64,000 nt of DNA from Salinimicrobium sp. (GTDB lineage Archaea; Thermoplasmatota; Poseidoniia; Poseidoniales; Poseidoniaceae), in contig CAXRAI010000058.1 of assembly GCA_964228865.1 (NCBI GenBank), positions 2,011-66,010 on the forward strand, given 5' to 3'. Below the pieces are notes generated by a model. The model did not search any database and was not told the origin of the DNA. It was given only the letters and a program-made list of their open reading frames with translations. Shown in pieces: positions 35,425-43,066 of the stretch; position 1 is the first letter of the stretch; the number at the start of each line of letters is the position of its first letter. A program made the position numbers and the translations under genes.

Positions 35425-37941
35425 ATGGTGCATTCGAGGCCAACCGGTGACGGACCCGACCGTCGCAGCCTCTCGGCTTTGCGTGGGCAATTCACTCGGG
35501 CCCACAGCACCAGCGCCGAACAAGAAGGCCACGTCAGCGCTCGATATCACGAAGAGGAGCGTCTTCGTGGCGAAGTGCGTCGTGAGCGTCGTCTCCGTCA
35601 CCAGGAACTCCGCGAGCGTGTTCTCGCACAGCAGAGCAACCTCGTGATGCGCTATGAACTCGAACGCGAGCGCACGTTGCAACAAGTTGAGCGTGAAATG
35701 CGTGAGGCGATGGAAACGGAATTGGCCGAGGAAGGCCGAGAAGCCATCGCGCGCGAGGAGAGCCGCTTGCGGGACGAGCATCTGATGCGCCTCGAGCGTG
35801 AAATGGCCGTGCTGCGGCAGCGCTACGAGGTGGAAACCGATCGACGGATGGAAGAGGAGAAGCAGCGCATTGAGCATGACCTTCGCCTGCAGCTCGAGGA
35901 AGAGCATGAACATCGACTTGAGGTGGCCAAGCAGCGCCTTCAATTGGAGCAAAACCAACGCCTCCACCGACGCATTCGGGCCCTTGAGGAAGACATCGCA
36001 GAGGAGATGGAATCCCGTTACAAAGCCCTTGAATCCCTTGAAGTTGACCGGTTGAAGGACGAACAAGAATCTGTGCTCGCAGAACGTGAAGAGCAACTCC
36101 GGCACGGCATCCGTACGCGCCTCGAGCAGCAGGTCCGTCAACGCCTCAGCCACCGTGAAGCGGCGCTCCGTGCGGAGTACGCCCGACGCAGTCAGCGGCT
36201 TGAAGCCGACCTTGGATCTGAAATTCAACAGGAACTCGAGGTCCGCCTTCGACAGGACACCGAAGACCTCGAACAACGCATGCGTGAGGACGTGGAACTG
36301 GCCATCGCACGACGTCGTGACGAGTTGCGGCATGAAGTTGAGCAGCAACTCGAGGAACGTTTCGCAGAGCGCCTTTCCGACCGTAAGGCACGGCTTCGTG
36401 AGCGCTTCGACCTCAGTTACGGCAAAGCGATTGACGAGGTTGAACACGCCCTTCGCTCCCAGGTTGAAGAGGAGCTCGAAGCCAGCACCAACGAGGATTT
36501 CGAACGGTACCGTGAAGCACGCGAATCCGAGATTCAGAACCGTCTTGCTCGGTTCCGATACGAGCGTGAAGCACAACTTCGCGAAGAATTGGAGGCCAAG
36601 CATGCAACCAAGCGCGAAGAATGGACTGAGCGCCTCGAACTCGAATTCCAGAGCCGTGAAGCTGCTGCACGAAAGGCCATCATGTCTGAGGTGGACGCCA
36701 GCCTGCGCAACGAACGCTTGGCCTGGGACACAGACCTTGACTTGCTGAAGGAAGAGACGGTTCTCGAACTTGAGTTGGACATGGAAGAGCGCCTGTCCGC
36801 CTTCCGCGAGCGGAAGATGGACGAGGTCGCCACCCAGCTCGAGCGTCAACTCGACAAGCGCGAGGAGATCATGCGCAACAAGGCCCTCATCGACGTGCGC
36901 CGAAAGGAAGCACGCATCCGGGCAGAAATCGAGGCCCAACTCGGCCTCAAGCGTGCTGAAATCCGTGACCGCATCTCCGGTTTGTCCAAGAAGATGGACG
37001 AATTCAAGACCATGGCCGAGGAACGGATGCGCGAGAGCATCACCTCGCAAATCGAGGGTGAGATTGCCACCGATGAGGCCACCCTCGCCGAGCGCGAGGC
37101 GGAGATGCGTCAACTTCAGAGTCAGGATCAGCGCATCGACAAGCGTCAGCAGTGGCTCGCGTCCATTTCAGGGCAAGGCGGTGCAGCCGCCGCGCCTGCG
37201 GACGCAGCAGCTCTTGGGGCGCGCCCAGATTCCTTGGGAGCATCGGCCGGCCGAGCCCTCCGAGGCCCAATGGCACAGGCTGCACAAGCCCAACAACCAC
37301 GCATGGGGCTCGCAGGCATGCGGGCTCCCACTTCATCCGCGCGAGCCTTGGCTCCCTCAGCCCCCGCTCCTGTCGTCAAGGCCGTCAAGCAGGTCAAAAC
37401 ACCCGTCGTGGCTCCAGCCGCGCCCGTGCAATCTCCCGTGTCTTCGGTCGAGCCTGAAGCAGGGCTGCCCTCCAACGTTGTTCCAGTCTCGCCGGCGAGC
37501 GATGCTTCGGCGGCCGAGCCTCCCGAGGCTTCTCCCGCCATCGAGCCGGCCGTCAGCGAGGAAGACAACACGCTCCCGACGCCGGTGCAGACCACGGAAC
37601 TCGCCATGGACGCCGTCCTTGAGGAGGCCCACGGTGACGTGGCCGAAGCCGAGATGGAGGCCATGCTCGATGAGTCCAACGGTCAACCGGCTGAAGCGGT
37701 CCTTCCAACCCCCGTATCCACGCCCGTCAAGGCCGGTGGAGAGGTCTTCGGCGATCGGCCCATCCTCAAGCCAATCCGCACAATGCATGCCCTTGGCACG
37801 CCCCGTTCCACCGCGACGCTGAAACCTGCCATGCCGGTTCTTTCCGTGGCCGGTGAAACGCCCGTGCTCCAACCGGTCACGACCATGACGCCCCAACAGC
37901 TGACTCCTGTTGAGCGCCTCGAACCGTCCGATGAGGACTGA
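35425..37941 (+). CDS. 838-aa protein: ~570-residue Glu/Arg-rich charged helical region plus an Ala/Pro/Val-rich low-complexity tail
   Basis: Continuous E/R/Q/L-rich sequence (e.g. RLEREMAVLRQRYEVETDRRMEEEKQRIEHDLRLQLEEEHEHRLEVAKQRL). The antisense 584-aa ORF is an artefact. Confidence 0.65.
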   Translation: MVHSRPTGDGPDRRSLSALRGQFTRAHSTSAEQEGHVSARYHEEERLRGEVRRERRLRHQELRERVLAQQSNLVMRYELERERTLQQVEREMREAMETELAEEGREAIAREESRLRDEHLMRLEREMAVLRQRYEVETDRRMEEEKQRIEHDLRLQLEEEHEHRLEVAKQRLQLEQNQRLHRRIRALEEDIAEEMESRYKALESLEVDRLKDEQESVLAEREEQLRHGIRTRLEQQVRQRLSHREAALRAEYARRSQRLEADLGSEIQQELEVRLRQDTEDLEQRMREDVELAIARRRDELRHEVEQQLEERFAERLSDRKARLRERFDLSYGKAIDEVEHALRSQVEEELEASTNEDFERYREARESEIQNRLARFRYEREAQLREELEAKHATKREEWTERLELEFQSREAAARKAIMSEVDASLRNERLAWDTDLDLLKEETVLELELDMEERLSAFRERKMDEVATQLERQLDKREEIMRNKALIDVRRKEARIRAEIEAQLGLKRAEIRDRISGLSKKMDEFKTMAEERMRESITSQIEGEIATDEATLAEREAEMRQLQSQDQRIDKRQQWLASISGQGGAAAAPADAAALGARPDSLGASAGRALRGPMAQAAQAQQPRMGLAGMRAPTSSARALAPSAPAPVVKAVKQVKTPVVAPAAPVQSPVSSVEPEAGLPSNVVPVSPASDASAAEPPEASPAIEPAVSEEDNTLPTPVQTTELAMDAVLEEAHGDVAEAEMEAMLDESNGQPAEAVLPTPVSTPVKAGGEVFGDRPILKPIRTMHALGTPRSTATLKPAMPVLSVAGETPVLQPVTTMTPQQLTPVERLEPSDED

Positions 37942-37985
37942 GCGAAGAAACGAGCCATTCAAGGCCTTGAGGTCCATCGACGGCC

Positions 37986-40388
37986 ATGCGAGCGCTTCGT
38001 GCGGTCCTGCTCACCGTCTTGTTTCTTCTCGGGACCTTCGCCCTGTCGGCGTCGGCTTCCCTGATTGATGGGGGTGTGATTCACCAAGGTCCAGACCCCG
38101 TGGAGTTGTGGTACTCCTCCGGTGGGGATGAAGTGTTGAGCCTCGACGATGAAGGGGTGTTCATGGCGCTTCGCTGGAACGGAGGGGCCTATCAGGTGAC
38201 CCGAGCCGTTGACCTGAACGTCACCGTCAACGCGGTACGTTTGGACATCGATGCCTCCTTGTTGGCGGTCGGTCACGCAGGCGGCGCTTTGGTGCTCGAC
38301 CTTGACACCGATCAAGTGACCTTCGAAGTCTCCCTTCCCGATCCTGTGGACGACATCGATTGGGACAACGACGGTGACTTGTGGGTCGTGCACAACGGTG
38401 GCTTGCGCCAAGCCATTGAGCATGAGACTGGAGGCCCCTCTGGTGTGCGGACCAGCGTCATGAGCGCAGGCATCTGTTCGCTGCTCATTCTTGACGATGG
38501 CCGTGTGTTGACGGGTGGATTTGACGCTCGTCTGCGCGTCCACACGAACGATGGCATCCTGGATCAGGATTTGACCGGCCTTGGTGGCGCACCAACCCAA
38601 CTCATCGGCGCCGGTGACCAGGTCTGGGCCGGTCTTTCCAACGGAGATGTGGTGCGTTGGAACACCACCACGTGGTCGTCCGAGGAGGTGAACAGCGGGT
38701 CAGCGCCGGTCTCATCGCTCACGCTCGACGGAGAAGGCGGTGTGTGGGTGGGCCACCAAAACGGCGTGACGGTTCACTTGGACAGCACCTTGACGTCCAC
38801 CCAGGAACACCAAACGACGGGGAAAGTCATCAGTGTGGTCAACAAGGACGACGGGACGGTCCACTTGGTTAGCATCACCTCCACCAGCACACGTGTGCGT
38901 TTGCTCGACCTCGATGCAGACGGTGATGGCGTGGCGGATGCGGTGGACGCCTTCCCTGATGATGCAGGACAAACGGTGGACAGCGACGGGGACGGCTACG
39001 GAGACAACACCGCCCTCTCGGGCGGTGACGCCTTCCCAAACGACCCCACTCAATGGGCGGACCGTGACGGGGACGGGTATGGCGATGAAGCAGATGGCAC
39101 CAACGGTGACGTGTTCCCTGACAATCCCGATCAATGGGAAGACGCTGACGGCGACGGTGTCGGCGACAACCAAGCGGACCCGGACGGCGATGCCTTCCCT
39201 GAAGATCCAACCCAATGGGCGGACCGTGACCGTGACGGATTTGGCGACGCTGCAAACGGCGTCCGGCCGGACGATTGTCCAGACGCCAACGGCTTTTCCT
39301 CCAACGACCGTCGGGGTTGTCCAGATCAGGATTTGGACGGTTGGTCCGACCCTGACGCCAACTGGCTGCTGGCCCAGGGCGCGGATGCCTTCCCCTCCGA
39401 CAAGACCCAATGGGAGGATTTCGATGGTGACGGGTATGGGGACAACCCCGACGGCACGACGCCTGATGCTTGCATGACCGCGGGCGGCACCTCCGTACGG
39501 GCGCTTGTGCCCGAACTTGGGGCCACCACGAAGTACGTCAGCGAAGCCCACTACGGTTGCCCTGACCTGGACGGCGATGGATGGGCTGACGCTTCTGAAG
39601 TGGGCGAGGGCATGGCCTCAAACCCTGACGAGCACATGGACCTCGACGGAGATGGCGTCGGCTCCAACACCGACTACAACGACACGAACCCCCTGGTCAT
39701 CGACATCGAAGACCATTGCCTGCTCAGTTTCGACGACCTTCGGGAAGTGTGCCTCGGCTGGAGGAGCACGGAGTACCAAGAGTACCTGTCCACGTTGAAC
39801 GAATCTGAACGCAACCGCATGTCGTACAATTACTGGAACCAGAGCCTTGCCGGTACGTCCTCCAGTGGAGGCTTGGACATGGCCTTGGTCACAGAAGTTG
39901 GAATTGTTGCGGCGGGTGTCTTCGTGGTGTGTTCTGTGGTGGTGGTCCTGCTCGGAGCCATGACCAAGCGCGTCAAGCGCCCCTCAGAGGAGAAAGCCTT
40001 CTCGTCGTTTGAATTCGATGGGAATGCAAACGAAGAAGCGTTGACCGGCAAGGCTGGCCTTTCGGCCATCGGCGGGCTCGATGATGATCTCTGGGGCGAT
40101 GACCAACCCGCTCCACCCCTTGAAGCCCCGGCTGAAGGCGAGGAGAAGGATGTGCCTGAGGTCACCTCCATGGTCGAGGACGTGGTGCTCCAGACCGAGG
40201 ACGCCATCTCGCCGGCGCCTGAACCAGCGGCAGAGGCCACGAATTCAAGCCCCGCAGAGCCCTCAAACGAGGGTGAGCCAGAGCAGGAGGCTCCCCCGGT
40301 GCCCGAGGGCGGATTGCCAGATGGCTGGACGATGGACCAGTGGAAATGGTACGGCCATCAATGGCTTGAGCAAAATCAGGAATCCTGA
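37986..40388 (+). CDS. Surface protein: signal peptide, beta-propeller-like region, thrombospondin type-3 (Ca-binding) repeats, TM, acidic cytoplasmic tail
   Basis: MRALRAVLLTVLFLLGTFALSASA. About 10 DxDGDGxxD repeats (DSDGDGYGDN, DRDGDGYGDE, DADGDGVGDN...). TM VGIVAAGVFVVCSVVVVLLGA. C-terminal LPDGWTMDQWKWYGHQWL. Confidence 0.75.
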   Translation: MRALRAVLLTVLFLLGTFALSASASLIDGGVIHQGPDPVELWYSSGGDEVLSLDDEGVFMALRWNGGAYQVTRAVDLNVTVNAVRLDIDASLLAVGHAGGALVLDLDTDQVTFEVSLPDPVDDIDWDNDGDLWVVHNGGLRQAIEHETGGPSGVRTSVMSAGICSLLILDDGRVLTGGFDARLRVHTNDGILDQDLTGLGGAPTQLIGAGDQVWAGLSNGDVVRWNTTTWSSEEVNSGSAPVSSLTLDGEGGVWVGHQNGVTVHLDSTLTSTQEHQTTGKVISVVNKDDGTVHLVSITSTSTRVRLLDLDADGDGVADAVDAFPDDAGQTVDSDGDGYGDNTALSGGDAFPNDPTQWADRDGDGYGDEADGTNGDVFPDNPDQWEDADGDGVGDNQADPDGDAFPEDPTQWADRDRDGFGDAANGVRPDDCPDANGFSSNDRRGCPDQDLDGWSDPDANWLLAQGADAFPSDKTQWEDFDGDGYGDNPDGTTPDACMTAGGTSVRALVPELGATTKYVSEAHYGCPDLDGDGWADASEVGEGMASNPDEHMDLDGDGVGSNTDYNDTNPLVIDIEDHCLLSFDDLREVCLGWRSTEYQEYLSTLNESERNRMSYNYWNQSLAGTSSSGGLDMALVTEVGIVAAGVFVVCSVVVVLLGAMTKRVKRPSEEKAFSSFEFDGNANEEALTGKAGLSAIGGLDDDLWGDDQPAPPLEAPAEGEEKDVPEVTSMVEDVVLQTEDAISPAPEPAAEATNSSPAEPSNEGEPEQEAPPVPEGGLPDGWTMDQWKWYGHQWLEQNQES

Positions 40389-40652
40389 TCAGGACCACTT
40401 GACGGGCAGGTCTGCACGTAACTTGGCCAATTCCTCACCGGAATAGAGGGGTCGCCCTCCTTCCTTGACGGTGCTTTGAATGAGCCAAAGGACGCCGTTC
40501 CAAGCGCTACGCGATGCGGTGATTTCGACGTCACCCCGGGCGGCGACGTTCATGAGCTCGGCTTCAGCCGTGGTCGAATCAAAGAGGGCCTTGACGAGAT
40601 GACGGGTCTCGAAGGCCACCTGAGGTGGCTTCCAACTCATCATGGCGTTCAC
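40389..40652 (-). CDS. Small hypothetical protein (87 aa), translationally coupled to the upstream RHH gene
   Basis: Its GTG start overlaps the RHH gene stop (GTGA); alternative ATGs lie 6-9 nt downstream. No recognised motif and no PIN signature. Confidence 0.45.
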   Translation of the reverse strand: MNAMMSWKPPQVAFETRHLVKALFDSTTAEAELMNVAARGDVEITASRSAWNGVLWLIQSTVKEGGRPLYSGEELAKLRADLPVKWS

Positions 40653-40891
40653 ACCCTGAACGGAGCGAGGTTCAACCGCTCGACGAGGTGGTCGACATCG
40701 ACGTCAGCCGTGGCTTTGGCGCGTTCACGCAGCAGCTCGAGGCTACCGTCCATACGCGCCATGCGCTGGTGACGAATGAGGTCGAGCAGGACCTCATTCA
40801 CGCTCTTGTAACCGCCCAGCGAGCGCAAGGTGTTCAACTGTCTTCGTACTTCGTAGCTCACGCTCACCGAGGTCATTCCCTTCGCTGTCAT
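40649..40891 (-). CDS. Ribbon-helix-helix (CopG/VapB-antitoxin-like) small DNA-binding protein
   Basis: TSVSVSYEVRRQLNTLRSLGGYKSVNEVLLDLIRH fits a beta-strand-helix-helix pattern. 80 aa, immediately downstream of a parA homologue. Confidence 0.55.
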   Translation of the reverse strand: MTAKGMTSVSVSYEVRRQLNTLRSLGGYKSVNEVLLDLIRHQRMARMDGSLELLRERAKATADVDVDHLVERLNLAPFRV

Positions 40892-40920
40892 CGTGCATCC
40901 CGCTTGGTCGTGCCCTCTTT

Positions 40921-40938
40921 GCGCTACTTAAGGCGCGC
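40921..40938. promoter_or_regulatory. Imperfect 18-bp palindrome GCGCTACTTAAGGCGCGC in the parA-RHH intergenic spacer
   Basis: 14 of 18 positions are self-complementary around a CTTAAG centre. It lies 30-50 nt upstream of the RHH start, so it is a candidate operator or centromere-like site. Confidence 0.3.
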
Positions 40939-40981
40939 GTGAGCCGATTCCGCCGGAGTGCGATTTGTGGACCCTTTCCGT

Positions 40982-41944
40982 TTAGCGGCGCCCTTGTGCC
41001 TCAAGGGAGACCCTGGACGGGTCGCGGACACCAAATTCTCGTCGCATGTCCTGCACACGCCGATGGAATTCACGGGCCAAGGTCCAGTATTCGAGGGACC
41101 CCGCACCTGCTCCAGAGGAGGTCGGCTTGTTGAGCAACACCGTGGGTGCGCCCGACCAAGGAGCTTCTGCCACGTTCACCAGGCGCCGAATGGAAGTACT
41201 GAACAGCTTGTTCGGGATGCTCAGCGCCACCTGATCGCACACGTGGCGGGAAAGTTTCGAGCGCGCGTCCACCATGGTCATGACCACGCCGAAAATCTTC
41301 AGGTTCCGGTTGATTCGACGCTGAATCATCTTGACCGAGTTCATCAGCATGCTGAACCCTTCCAACGAGTAGTACTCCGCTTGGACGGGAACCATGACCC
41401 AGTTCGCAGCGCTGAGGGCGTTGATGGAGAGCAAGCCAAGGGAAGGTGGTGTGTCGATGATGATGTAATCAAAATGATCGATGATGGGAGCCAAGGCCTC
41501 TTTGAGGCGCGTTTCGCGACCGATCTTGTGCGACAATTCAATTTCAGCCCCAGAGAGGTGAATGTCGCTGGGCAACAACCAGAGGTTCTCGGTGGTCAAA
41601 GTCGCTGGAGGGCGGCCTTTCTCGTTGCGCAGCATCCACGCGTTGCGCATCGAAGCCGTAAGGTCCTCAGGGCCGATGAGGTACTCGTCCATCAGTGGGA
41701 GTTCTTCTCCGAGATCGTTGGTCAGAAGGTCGTAGGCCGTCTTCTTCACGCGCTTCTTTTCGATGCCGAATGAGGTGGCGCAGTTGCCTTGCGGATCCAA
41801 GTCGATGAGCAACACCTTCGCAGGAGGCAAGCCCATTTTTTGATGGCCACGTGCCAAGGCAGCGGCAAGGTTGACCGCCGTGGTCGTCTTTGCGCAGCCG
41901 CCCTTCTGGTTGGCGACAGCGATGACCATCTTGTACGGGTCCAT
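40982..41944 (-). CDS. ParA/MinD-superfamily ATPase (second copy, 320 aa, with insertions and a basic C-terminal tail)
   Basis: Deviant Walker A NQKGGCAKTTT, DLDPQGNCATSFG, IIDTPPSLG. Confidence 0.82.
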   Translation of the reverse strand: MDPYKMVIAVANQKGGCAKTTTAVNLAAALARGHQKMGLPPAKVLLIDLDPQGNCATSFGIEKKRVKKTAYDLLTNDLGEELPLMDEYLIGPEDLTASMRNAWMLRNEKGRPPATLTTENLWLLPSDIHLSGAEIELSHKIGRETRLKEALAPIIDHFDYIIIDTPPSLGLLSINALSAANWVMVPVQAEYYSLEGFSMLMNSVKMIQRRINRNLKIFGVVMTMVDARSKLSRHVCDQVALSIPNKLFSTSIRRLVNVAEAPWSGAPTVLLNKPTSSGAGAGSLEYWTLAREFHRRVQDMRREFGVRDPSRVSLEAQGRR

Positions 41945-42005
41945 GCCTTCACTCCCGGGACGTGGAACTCCGGCTCTCCCCTATCAACCCCGGCCTCAAT
42001 CCGCA

Positions 42006-42989
42006 TCAAACGGGCTGAACAACGGGGACGGGAACTTCGGACAGGATCTTGCGAACGATGTGACCGCCGGTGATACCTCGAATCTTGGCCTCGGGCTTCA
42101 TGACGATCCTGTGGCTGATCACCTGCATCGCGACGCTCTTGATGTCGTCAGGAACAACGTAGGTTCGCCCGGCGATTGCGGCCGAGGCTCGACCGGTCTT
42201 GAAGAGGGCTTGCGAGGCACGGGGCGACGCGCCGTTGACCACACGGTGGTCCTCACGCGTGCGCTGCACGATTTCGACGATGTAGGCGAGGATGGACGGG
42301 TCAACGTGGACGCCTTCCAAGGCCCGTTGCATGGCGACGACTTTCTTGGGTTCTGTGACCTGAGCAACCTCGTGGTCGTCCTTTCCACGCATCTTTCGGC
42401 GGGCGAGGATCGCCTTCTCTTCGGCGCGGTCCGGGTAGCCCATGCTCATCTTCATCAGGAAGCGGTCCATTTGAGCCTCGGGCAGAGGGTAGGTTCCTTC
42501 CTGCTCGATGGGGTTCTGAGTGGCCAACACCACGAATGGGGCTGGGAGTTTGTGGGTGATGCCTTCGATCGTCACCTGCTTTTCTTCCATGGCCTCAAGC
42601 AACGCCGCTTGGGTCTTTGGAGGGGCACGGTTGATTTCGTCAGCCAGCAGGATGTTGGAAAAGAGCGGCCCCGCTCGGAGTTTGAAATCACCCGACTTCT
42701 GGTCGTACATGTAGGTCCCCATGATGTCCGAGGGCAACAGGTCAGGCGTGAACTGAACACGCTTGAACTTGCATCCCAAGGCACGGGCGAAGGTGTTTGC
42801 AAGCAGGGTCTTGGCAAGACCCGGAAAGTCCTCGAGCAACATGTTGCCGTTGGAGAGGATGCCGACGCTGACACGTCGGAGGTTCTCTTCCTTTCCAATG
42901 ATGACCTTCCCAACCTCGCTCATGAGGTCGTTTGCAATTTGGGAAACGGTGCTGATGATTTTCGCGGTGTTCGCATCGGCGGCCTGCAT
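42006..42989 (-). CDS. MoxR-family AAA+ ATPase
   Basis: GLAKTLLANTFA (Walker A variant), LLADEINRAPPKTQAALLEAMEE, ATQNPIEQEGTYPLPEAQMDRF. Confidence 0.88.
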   Translation of the reverse strand: MQAADANTAKIISTVSQIANDLMSEVGKVIIGKEENLRRVSVGILSNGNMLLEDFPGLAKTLLANTFARALGCKFKRVQFTPDLLPSDIMGTYMYDQKSGDFKLRAGPLFSNILLADEINRAPPKTQAALLEAMEEKQVTIEGITHKLPAPFVVLATQNPIEQEGTYPLPEAQMDRFLMKMSMGYPDRAEEKAILARRKMRGKDDHEVAQVTEPKKVVAMQRALEGVHVDPSILAYIVEIVQRTREDHRVVNGASPRASQALFKTGRASAAIAGRTYVVPDDIKSVAMQVISHRIVMKPEAKIRGITGGHIVRKILSEVPVPVVQPV

Positions 42990-43066
42990 CCTATCACCTA
43001 TTCATCACAGTACGGCTGTCCATCCATATTTGAACGTGCTTGCGGGCCACGTCACCCCTGCATCAC

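Noticed and set aside
35359-37113. 584-aa minus-strand ORF
   Set aside because: It is the antisense shadow of the Glu/Arg-rich gene (GAG/CGC codons read as Leu/Phe/Ala) and has no motifs.
38900-39480. Periodic DNA repeats that could be mistaken for a CRISPR or satellite array
   Set aside because: The repeats are in-frame TSP3 calcium-binding units of a long ORF. There are no unique spacers and no cas genes.
40389-40891. RHH + 87-aa pair as a VapBC-type toxin-antitoxin module
   Set aside because: The RHH protein does look like VapB-type antitoxins. However, the downstream protein is too short and lacks the acidic PIN residues. Direct placement behind a parA homologue favours a partition or regulator role. 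This is kept as the alternative hypothesis in the finding.
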